NCBI GenBank assembly: GCA_963851165.1
Contig: CAWKNM010000001.1
Span: 234,443-298,442, forward strand
Source: an uncultured Acidobacteriaceae bacterium
Lineage (GTDB): Bacteria; Acidobacteriota; Terriglobia; Terriglobales; Acidobacteriaceae
Length of the DNA: 64,000 bases
Reading direction: 5' to 3'
Positions 56,795 to 64,000 of this stretch are shown piece after piece. Under the pieces are notes generated by a model. It made no database searches. It was not told the origin of the DNA and saw only the letters and a list, made by a program, of their open reading frames with translations. Numbering within the stretch: the first letter of the stretch is position 1; each line of letters starts with the position of its first letter. Made by a program: the position numbers and the translations under genes.

Positions 56795-57180
56795 CCACTC
56801 CTTCAACGTTCGCTTGCAGCAACGTCGCCAGCGTCCGCCTGAATGAATGCCATCCTATGTGCTTGCTGATTTCAGCACGCGCAGCAGCAGGTCGGATTCT
56901 CAAGCCAAGACTCCACTGAGACCACGTGAATATATGAAAGCCTATGTTCTTTCCTTTCGGGCAGAATCTACGCTTCAGATAGGCTGAATTCAAAAAGTGA
57001 GCGTATCATCCTTTGAGCAAACTCTGTGCTCTGCGGTCGCGATTTCTAGCTTGCTCCCGGCGACACGAGAACTCTTCGCGGGGCGGGGCGAGTGGATATG
57101 AGCGGACGAGTTCCAGTTACGAAACCGCCGGTTGCCAGCAGGTCGGATCTGATGGTTAGCGTGTCCGCATGGAAGCGCTC
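56795..57180 (-). pseudogene. tyrosine recombinase (phage-type integrase) relic, truncated at both ends and frameshifted
   Basis: Three consecutive frames give ...ADTLTIRSDLLATGGFVTGTRPL..RRVLVSPGA / ...LEIATAEHRVCSKDDTLTF / ...RIRPAAARAEISKHIGWHSFRRTLATLLQANVEGV (box II HxxR). It ends abruptly at the IclR fragment. Confidence 0.6.
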
Positions 57181-57300
57181 GCACTTAAAGTGCGACCTCT
57201 ATGCAGCGAATTCAAAACAAATCGCATCTTTGGTCTTTATTTTCTGATTTCTTTTGTCGTAACCGTGGCGTAAGCCCGAATGTTCTGCACTGGAGCTGAA

Positions 57301-60300
57301 ATGAAAATCTCTTACCTCTGGCTGACCCTGGTGCTGTTGACCGCCGCGTCTTCGGCTCAGGATTTCAAAGGAAACTGGCAGGCAACCGTTCAAGAATCAG
57401 GCAAGCCCATGCGTTACGTGTTGCACATCAAGAAAACTGACCAGGGATTCGCCGCAGCCGTGGACGTCCCGGTCACCTTCTTGTTCGACAATACTATCGA
57501 CTTCATCTCGGTGGATCACGGCACTCTGCAACTTCGTGAAGGACAAGTAACCTACGAAGGTTCCCTGTCGACCGATTCTCAATCCATCGAAGGTAAGTGG
57601 TCCGTCGGTGGCGAGCAGCAAAGCGTCACCTGGCACCGTCTCTCGTCCGAAACGGGAGATCAGGTCGAGTCTGTCGCGCGGCATCTACAATCTCTCGTTT
57701 ATCTCCCTGCGGAGCAGTGGAAGTTGCACGCTGGCGATATTCCTCACGGAGAGTCAGTCGAACTAGACGACAGCTCCTGGCAAATGGTCGGCCCGAACAG
57801 CTTCGCCCCCGACGAAGCCGTCTGGTATCGGCGCTGGATCGAGATTCCGAAAACTCTCAACGGATACGATGTCACCGGAGCCACGGCCTGGTTTGACTTT
57901 CAATACGACGCCAACGGCCCGGTCACTGAGATCCTCTATTTCAACGGCCGCCGCGTAGCCATGGGTGATGAACTCGAACCCATTGTCCTGTTTGAGCAGG
58001 CGCATCCGGGCGACAAAGTCATGGTCGCCGTAAAGCTGTCGCGCTCGGTCGATCACAAGCATTTTCTCGGAGCTCGAGTGCGTCTGGAGTTCCCCGGTAC
58101 ACGCCCCGACCCGTCCAAGTATTTCCAGGAACTCGGAGCAGTTTCAATCCTCGGTTCGCAAGGCGGCCTCCACATGGAAGGTGTGTTGAACAAGTCCGCT
58201 GATGCAGTCGATCTCGGCGCCCTCGGCCGTGCCGACCAGGGCGTATTCGACAGCTCGCTCGTCAAAGCCTCTGGATTCCTCGATCCCCTGAGGAGCCAGC
58301 TGCAGCAGTCCTCCATTCGCATGACCGGCAACTCTCACATCGATGCAGCCTGGCTCTGGCCGTGGACGGAAACGGTCGACGTCGTGCGACGAACGTTTGG
58401 CACCGCCCTTCAGCTCATGGAGGAGTATCCCCAAGCCACATACACACAGTCCGCCGCTGCCTACAGCGAGTGGATGCTCGAAAAGTACCCCTTCCTCAAC
58501 CAGCAGATTGTCGAACGCGTCAAGCAAGGCCGCTGGGAGATGGTCGGCGGCATGTGGGTGGAACCGGATCTCAATATGCCGGATGGAGAATCGCTCGTAC
58601 GGCAGCTCTTGGTCGGAAAACGCTTCTTCAAAGATAAATTTGGAGTCGATGTGCGCATCGGCTGGAATCCCGACTCCTTCGGATACAACTGGCAGCTTCC
58701 ACAGATCTATAAGAAATCCGGCATCGACTATTTCGTAACCCAGAAGATGGCATGGAACGACACGAACCAACTTCCGCTGAAAGCCTTCTGGTGGCAATCT
58801 CCGGACGGGAGCCGAGTCCTTACTTATTTCCCGCACGACTACGGCAATGAGATCGATCCCTTGAAAATGGCGAGGGATCTGGCCACCAGCCAGACCGTCA
58901 ATCCCGGTGCTCGGGAGATGATGCATCTCTTTGGAATGGGTGACCACGGGGGCGGTGTGACTCGAGCCATGCTCGAAGATGGAATGAAGTGGTCGAACCC
59001 GGATTCGGTTTTTCCAAAAACCTATTTCGGCATTGCCCAGGGCTTCTTCTCGGATATTGAGGCGGCAGCCGACACGGCACATGCTCCAATCTGGAACTAT
59101 AAGGCCCTAGCCGCCGGCAATGCTCAGCTGCCGACACCTCCGAGTGGAAAGTTCAGTCTGCCAGTTTGGAACGATGAACTGTACTTCGAATACCACCGTG
59201 GCGTCTTCACCACGCAGGCGCAGCACAAGCGCAATATGCGGGAGAGCGAAGAACAACTGCTCAATGCCGAAAAGTTCGCCTCGTTGGCTTGGCTTTCGGG
59301 CGATCTTTATCCGAGCTCCGAACTGACCGAGTCGTGGAAGAAGGTCCTATTCAATCAGTTCCATGATCTCGCAGCTGGGTCGGGCATAGGTCAAATCTAT
59401 CGCGACGCGCAGCGAGACTACGACTTCGTTCGGCTTGAAAGCGAGCGTGCGACTTCTCAGTCATTGCACACGCTGGAAAGTCAGATCGATACACGCGCCC
59501 CGCGCGGCGACGTTCCCATCGTCATCTGGAACCCTCTGGCATGGCAAAGGACAGATATCGTTCCCATCGACGTGCAGTTACCGGAATCGCCAAAAGGTGC
59601 GATCTCGGTCGTAAACTCCGATGGTCAGCCTCAACCGTTTCAGGTGCTCACCAAAGATCCCAGTCTCAACAAGTATCAATTGCTGGTGGAAGCAAAGGAT
59701 GTGCCGTCTCTCGGTTATCGAGTACTCCATGTTGCTTCCGACGGACCTGCGGCGGCCACCGATCTGAAGGTTCATGGCCTGACTTTGGAGAATACGGTGC
59801 TGCGCCTGAGCGTCGATCCTATAACGGGCTGTTTCACGAGCCTGTACGACAAGCGATCCCACTTCGAGTCCATCGCAGCCAACGGTTGTGGCAACGAACT
59901 GATCGCGTTCCAGGACAAACCCAGGGATTACGACGCCTGGAACATCGACAGTGATTTTGATCGCCAGTTCACCAACCTGGACATGGCGGACGCCGTCAAA
60001 GTCACCGAAGAAGGGCCGTTGCGAGCAACGATCCGCGTGGTGCGTACCTGGCAAAAGTCGAAATTCGTTCAGGACATATCGCTCTATGCCGGCATGGACC
60101 GGGTTGACGTGCGCAATGAAATCGACTGGCACGAAAGCCATATCCTTTTAAAAGTGGCGTTCCCGCTTGCCGCATCAGGCAGTGAAGCGACCTACGAAAT
60201 TCCCTACGGAGCGATCCAGCGGCCCACGACCCGCAACAATCGTTTTGAAAGCGCCAAATTCGAGGTACCCGCGCTGCGTTGGGCTGATCTCGGCGATGGC

Positions 60301-60855
60301 AATCATGGTTTCAGTCTGATCAACGAATCTAAGTATGGATATGACGCCAAAGGCAATGTATTGCGGCTCTCGCTTCTGCGGTCACCCACCTGGCCCGATG
60401 CTGATGCCGACCGCGGCCATCACAGCTTCAGCTATGCTCTCTATCCTCACAGCGGCGACTGGAAAAAAGCTCTGACGGTTCGGCGAGGCTACGAGTTCAA
60501 CTACAAACTCGCAGCCGCGCAGGCTACCACTCATGCCGGAATGCTTGGGGCAACGCATTCGTTTGCCGATATCAAACAGGATGATGTGGTTCTCACGGCT
60601 TTAAAGAAATCTGAGGATGGCGATGCTCTCTTGCTCCGGCTCTATGAATGGGCCGGGCAGACCGGCAGCATACAGATTACAGTTCCAAAAGGTGCAACTG
60701 CCGCACAACTGACCAATTTGATGGAACAGCCGCAAGGGTCTTCGATCCCGATCACAAACACCGACCAAGTGACCGTGCCGGTCCATTCCTACGAGATCGT
60801 GTCATTGCGGGTTAGCTATAAGCCGGGGAAAGGTAAGACAACTGACGGCAACTAG
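57301..60855 (+). CDS. GH38 alpha-mannosidase with about 330-aa N-terminal extension, secreted
   Basis: Signal MKISYLWLTLVLLTAASSAQ; GNSHIDAAWLWPW, FTQSAAAYSEW, GGMWVEPD, YFEYHRGVFTTQ. Confidence 0.9.
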   Translation: MKISYLWLTLVLLTAASSAQDFKGNWQATVQESGKPMRYVLHIKKTDQGFAAAVDVPVTFLFDNTIDFISVDHGTLQLREGQVTYEGSLSTDSQSIEGKWSVGGEQQSVTWHRLSSETGDQVESVARHLQSLVYLPAEQWKLHAGDIPHGESVELDDSSWQMVGPNSFAPDEAVWYRRWIEIPKTLNGYDVTGATAWFDFQYDANGPVTEILYFNGRRVAMGDELEPIVLFEQAHPGDKVMVAVKLSRSVDHKHFLGARVRLEFPGTRPDPSKYFQELGAVSILGSQGGLHMEGVLNKSADAVDLGALGRADQGVFDSSLVKASGFLDPLRSQLQQSSIRMTGNSHIDAAWLWPWTETVDVVRRTFGTALQLMEEYPQATYTQSAAAYSEWMLEKYPFLNQQIVERVKQGRWEMVGGMWVEPDLNMPDGESLVRQLLVGKRFFKDKFGVDVRIGWNPDSFGYNWQLPQIYKKSGIDYFVTQKMAWNDTNQLPLKAFWWQSPDGSRVLTYFPHDYGNEIDPLKMARDLATSQTVNPGAREMMHLFGMGDHGGGVTRAMLEDGMKWSNPDSVFPKTYFGIAQGFFSDIEAAADTAHAPIWNYKALAAGNAQLPTPPSGKFSLPVWNDELYFEYHRGVFTTQAQHKRNMRESEEQLLNAEKFASLAWLSGDLYPSSELTESWKKVLFNQFHDLAAGSGIGQIYRDAQRDYDFVRLESERATSQSLHTLESQIDTRAPRGDVPIVIWNPLAWQRTDIVPIDVQLPESPKGAISVVNSDGQPQPFQVLTKDPSLNKYQLLVEAKDVPSLGYRVLHVASDGPAAATDLKVHGLTLENTVLRLSVDPITGCFTSLYDKRSHFESIAANGCGNELIAFQDKPRDYDAWNIDSDFDRQFTNLDMADAVKVTEEGPLRATIRVVRTWQKSKFVQDISLYAGMDRVDVRNEIDWHESHILLKVAFPLAASGSEATYEIPYGAIQRPTTRNNRFESAKFEVPALRWADLGDGNHGFSLINESKYGYDAKGNVLRLSLLRSPTWPDADADRGHHSFSYALYPHSGDWKKALTVRRGYEFNYKLAAAQATTHAGMLGATHSFADIKQDDVVLTALKKSEDGDALLLRLYEWAGQTGSIQITVPKGATAAQLTNLMEQPQGSSIPITNTDQVTVPVHSYEIVSLRVSYKPGKGKTTDGN

Positions 60856-60870
60856 TTCCCCGGGCTGCGT

Positions 60871-62760
60871 TCACTGGACAGGTGCCAGGGTCACGGAATC
60901 AGCTTTTTCTTTGAGGGCACGGAGCTTCGAGTCGTCAGGAAACAATTCAATGCCTTGCCGCAGGACGGCAAGAGCATCGCCGTAATTGCCGAGTGTCATG
61001 TGGGCGCTCGCCAACATTTCATACACTTCACGGAAATACGGATTCGAACTGCAAGCTTTTTCTAGAATTCTAACCGCCGCCTCCTCTTGTTGCGTACGGG
61101 TGTACAAGTCTGCGAGGAAAAGATAGTCATCAATATTGGGGATAGTGATGCGAAACAGACGCTTCATGTCATCAATAGCTCTTAGTTTTCCTGCGCGCGT
61201 GTCTTTTCTGACCTCGGCGCGAGCCAGGATACGAAGAATCGCAGGATCCGTAGGCGTGCTGCTGGTTAGCTGCTGCAAGAGGCGGATCAACGGCGGGTCA
61301 AATTCAGAGTGCCCCTCGCGTACCAGACTGTCGTAAGCCTCCAGCAAAACTACTGATGGAACCGCTTGGAGCCGCTTCCATTCATCCGGTGGCGCGGATA
61401 GAACCAGCAACTCCGATTTCTGATGGTCATGTTTCTGATTGTCTTGCGATTGATCTAACGGCTGCGGTGCAGAGTTTACTTGCGCAGGGATCGAGTGATC
61501 CGTGAGCGCCGCGTGCGCAATGGTCGTGACGGTGCGTTTCGGCATGTGGCAGGTCAAGCAATCATCGGGCGGATTGGTGGCCAGTCGTTTTGCCGAGTCC
61601 AATCGGCAACTCTGTTCTGTATGACAGCCCAAACACTTCGAACGGTAATCCGCCAGGGCCTTCGTCGCGGACGACTCCACGTGGGGGTCGTGACATGTGA
61701 TGCAGTGCAGATTTCGACTTGCCCGGTAGCATTTGCTGAGCGTCATCCCAAAGTAATGTTCCAGCGGCAGCGCGGAGGGACTCGCGCCCGGCTCCGGCGC
61801 AATCTTGAAAATGGAAACATAATTTCCCAACGGCATTCCGGGATGGAAGTCCCGTATGTTTTTTCCCGGCATTTCGACCCGCACATCTTGCCCCTGATGG
61901 CATCGCATGCAGATGTTGTCTGCCAGCCATCCTGACAGCCGTGCCGGATTCACGATGCTGGTGTCGGCACCCGCGGAAGGTGCCACGTCCATCATGAGTT
62001 CTTGAGCGCGTTCCGCGACGTGCGACTCGCCGGGGCCGTGGCAGTTTTCACATCCCACGGCCAGTTCGTCGAAGGGCGGGTCTTTGTAGAGGCCGACCTG
62101 TCCGACAACCGGATTGGGGCGGCCACTGTGGCAGATAATGCAGCGGCCCAGAATAGGCCGAGTAAAGCCGCGGTTCTGCAACTCAAATCCTGGAGCAAAT
62201 CCCCAAGCATGCGTCTTGGTGTAATAGCTAAGAGGAGCTTCGAACAAATAATGGTCACGCTGAATCAGAAACCCGAAACCGTTCGCTCCCGCGCCAATGT
62301 CATAGTCGACTTTCCAGGTCTGGCGGAATAGCTCCTTACCGTCGGCATCAAGAGCGTATTGACTCTGAAAAAGCTGGCCATCTTTGCGCAGTACGTCGAA
62401 GTATTGATTGCTGTCCTTGTCGTATACCGTAGCCGGAACGGGCAGCATTGAATTGAGGGAGTTCGCGTCGCCCGGCAGCATGGACCTACCCATCGAGGTC
62501 TGGCGGAAGCTGCTGTAGATATTGGAATGGCAGGAGGCGCAGACCGTTGAACCGACATAACGCCCTCCCGGTGCAGCGTTTCGCAGCGGAGCCGGACTTA
62601 AGGTCTTCTTTCCCACCGTAGCCCGATTCGTTGGAGTGGTCGACTGCTGGGCCGCACCGTTCAGCAAGCAAAAAGGAATACAGATGAGAATGCAGGCAAG
62701 ATGCCGCACTTGAATTACACGTTTTGAGCGAATGGGGATCGTCGTTCTAGAATAGTTCAT
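60871..62760 (-). CDS. multihaem c-type cytochrome (7 CxxCH) fused to C-terminal TPR region
   Basis: CASCH, CIICH, CENCH, CMRCH, CITCH, CLGCH, CLTCH. C-terminal TPR-like helices (YLFLADLYTRTQQEEAAVRILEKA, ALAVLRQGIELFP). Signal-like ACILICIPFCLLNGAAQ. Confidence 0.8.
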   Translation of the reverse strand: MNYSRTTIPIRSKRVIQVRHLACILICIPFCLLNGAAQQSTTPTNRATVGKKTLSPAPLRNAAPGGRYVGSTVCASCHSNIYSSFRQTSMGRSMLPGDANSLNSMLPVPATVYDKDSNQYFDVLRKDGQLFQSQYALDADGKELFRQTWKVDYDIGAGANGFGFLIQRDHYLFEAPLSYYTKTHAWGFAPGFELQNRGFTRPILGRCIICHSGRPNPVVGQVGLYKDPPFDELAVGCENCHGPGESHVAERAQELMMDVAPSAGADTSIVNPARLSGWLADNICMRCHQGQDVRVEMPGKNIRDFHPGMPLGNYVSIFKIAPEPGASPSALPLEHYFGMTLSKCYRASRNLHCITCHDPHVESSATKALADYRSKCLGCHTEQSCRLDSAKRLATNPPDDCLTCHMPKRTVTTIAHAALTDHSIPAQVNSAPQPLDQSQDNQKHDHQKSELLVLSAPPDEWKRLQAVPSVVLLEAYDSLVREGHSEFDPPLIRLLQQLTSSTPTDPAILRILARAEVRKDTRAGKLRAIDDMKRLFRITIPNIDDYLFLADLYTRTQQEEAAVRILEKACSSNPYFREVYEMLASAHMTLGNYGDALAVLRQGIELFPDDSKLRALKEKADSVTLAPVQ

Positions 62761-62990
62761 GGTATGGAACACGCGTTTTCAACTTACCTCACTGAAACGA
62801 AGAAGTCGAACCAACGCATGTCTCGCCTGCCGCCCGCTCCGCCTAGTCCAGAGAGACTCCGAATTCCCGCGTAATGCCCCAGCGCCGCAAACCGGCATAA
62901 ATTTGGAACGCCATTCTTTATCGTGGATTTTACCCGGAAAAACTGGCAGAATACCATGATCGCATTCGGGACGCGGGAGTTGACGACAAC

Positions 62991-63758
62991 ATGACAAACA
63001 AGTTGAAGCAAATTCTGCAAAAGGGCAAACCCGCGATCGGCACTTGGCTGGGGTGCTCCGATCCTTACTTTGTGGAGATGATGGCAGACCTGGGTTTTGA
63101 TTGGCTGCTCATCGATATGGAGCATATCCCAATCAGCCAGGAGGGCCTGCGCACGATGCTGATGGCGTGCAAAGGCAGCGAGAGTACGATCCTCGTTCGC
63201 GTTTCACTCAACTCTAGGAATTATATTCAGGCCGCCCTCGATCTAGGTGCTCAGGGAGTCATGGTACCCATGGTGAATTCTCGCGCCGACGCGGAACGCG
63301 CAGTCGAATTTACCCGTTATCCACCTCTCGGACGGCGCGGTCTTGGCCCTGTTCGCGCCGGGCGTTATGGCAAAGATGACGCTGGTTACCGAATGACGGC
63401 CAACGGGGAAAATCTGCTCTTCGTGCAAATCGAAACGCCGGAAGCGGTACAGAAAGTTGAGGAAATTCTCAACGTAGAAGGCATTGATGGTCTCTATATC
63501 GGGAACGGGGACTTAGCTAATTTCATGAATGAGGGGCAAGTCGGTTCTGCGACTGTTCAAAAAGTCGTTGATGATCTTATCGAACTTGCCACTCGCAAGT
63601 CGTTACCGGTCGGCCTGCCCACATGGTCGCCAGCCGAATACCACCGTTACGCCCGGCGGGGAGCCCAACTCCTGACTATCGGGAGCGACATGCGGTTTGC
63701 CGCAAACGCGGGCACAGCAGAACTGCTGAGTACCCGCGAACTTTTGAAGAACGGCTAG
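62991..63758 (+). CDS. HpcH/HpaI family 2-keto-3-deoxy-acid aldolase
   Basis: GFDWLLIDMEH, QIETPEAV, IDGLYIGNGDL; 255 aa. Confidence 0.88.
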   Translation: MTNKLKQILQKGKPAIGTWLGCSDPYFVEMMADLGFDWLLIDMEHIPISQEGLRTMLMACKGSESTILVRVSLNSRNYIQAALDLGAQGVMVPMVNSRADAERAVEFTRYPPLGRRGLGPVRAGRYGKDDAGYRMTANGENLLFVQIETPEAVQKVEEILNVEGIDGLYIGNGDLANFMNEGQVGSATVQKVVDDLIELATRKSLPVGLPTWSPAEYHRYARRGAQLLTIGSDMRFAANAGTAELLSTRELLKNG

Positions 63759-63814
63759 GGTCCCATCAAGCTTCAGCTCTGGCGCAAAACTTATGAAATG
63801 TTGCAATCGCGGGA

Positions 63815-64000
63815 CTAGTAGATGTACCCCGGTTCGAGAGCATAGGTCTTTAGGCTCTGTCGGAATACCGTTCTAAATTTGTTCCAACGCCTTTGTTCGC
63901 GAGTAGGGATACTGGTATGATAGGCTACGCCCTTTAATTCAGACGCGAGCTGAGCATTGTCCTCTCTAAGAGAATCCCGGTCCGGCAGAGTACCAGCCAA
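63815..64000 (-). CDS. 3' end of an unidentified gene running in from the right edge
   Basis: Open frame to the window edge ending ...FRQSLKTYALEPGYIY*. No motif recognised. Confidence 0.3.
   Translation of the reverse strand: MAGTLPDRDSLREDNAQLASELKGVAYHTSIPTREQRRWNKFRTVFRQSLKTYALEPGYIY

Noticed and set aside
53640-57300. An intact genomic island or prophage
   Set aside because: There is only one att-like fragment, the integrase is a short frameshifted relic, and the cargo (lyase, SDR, IclR piece) looks like ordinary catabolic genes. At best this is an eroded remnant.
63815-64000. Toxin-antitoxin or transposase assignment for the partial ORF at the right edge
   Set aside because: Only 61 codons are visible and none matches a motif I can name, so any assignment would be a guess.

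Overview
GC-rich bacterial chromosomal window. Gene content and repeat families look Acidobacteriota-like. I infer this from carboxypeptidase-regulatory-domain TonB receptors, a PF07638-type ECF sigma plus Ser/Thr kinase pair, PadR modules and a giant BNR/Vps10-like protein; I cannot verify it without a search. There are about 45 protein genes. Housekeeping: metF/yitJ-like, xseB, ispA, bshB1, hpt, lysA, nadK, tlyA, yebC, purQ. Stress and metal functions: katG with a Fur/PerR-type regulator, czcCBA-type RND efflux, a CstB-like persulfide dioxygenase-rhodanese fusion, PPK2, and a trehalose-6-P synthase fused to a sensor-like membrane module. Glycan-related genes: GH38 mannosidase, GH109-like oxidoreductase, HGSNAT-like acyltransferase, BNR protein. 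A two-gene giant surface-protein operon lies divergent from the ECF sigma/kinase pair. I saw no rRNA, intact tRNA, CRISPR array or intact mobile element. Structure not explained by genes: (1) two related families of hairpin-forming, MITE/REP-like intergenic repeats, at least 9 copies, five of them packed into 4.7 kb; (2) a 3' fragment of initiator tRNA-Met plus a decayed tyrosine integrase fused to a truncated IclR gene, a relic of an integration event; (3) an unusual number of single-base frame breaks in otherwise well-conserved genes, including a triple compensated shift inside an adhesin. I found no clear-cut new multi-gene system. The best candidates are the ECF/kinase plus surface-protein locus, the PadR plus membrane-partner pair and the sensor-fused OtsA. 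All calls rest on my reading of motifs in the supplied translations and sequence; no homology search was possible. Coordinates of non-ORF features may be off by 1-2 nt.
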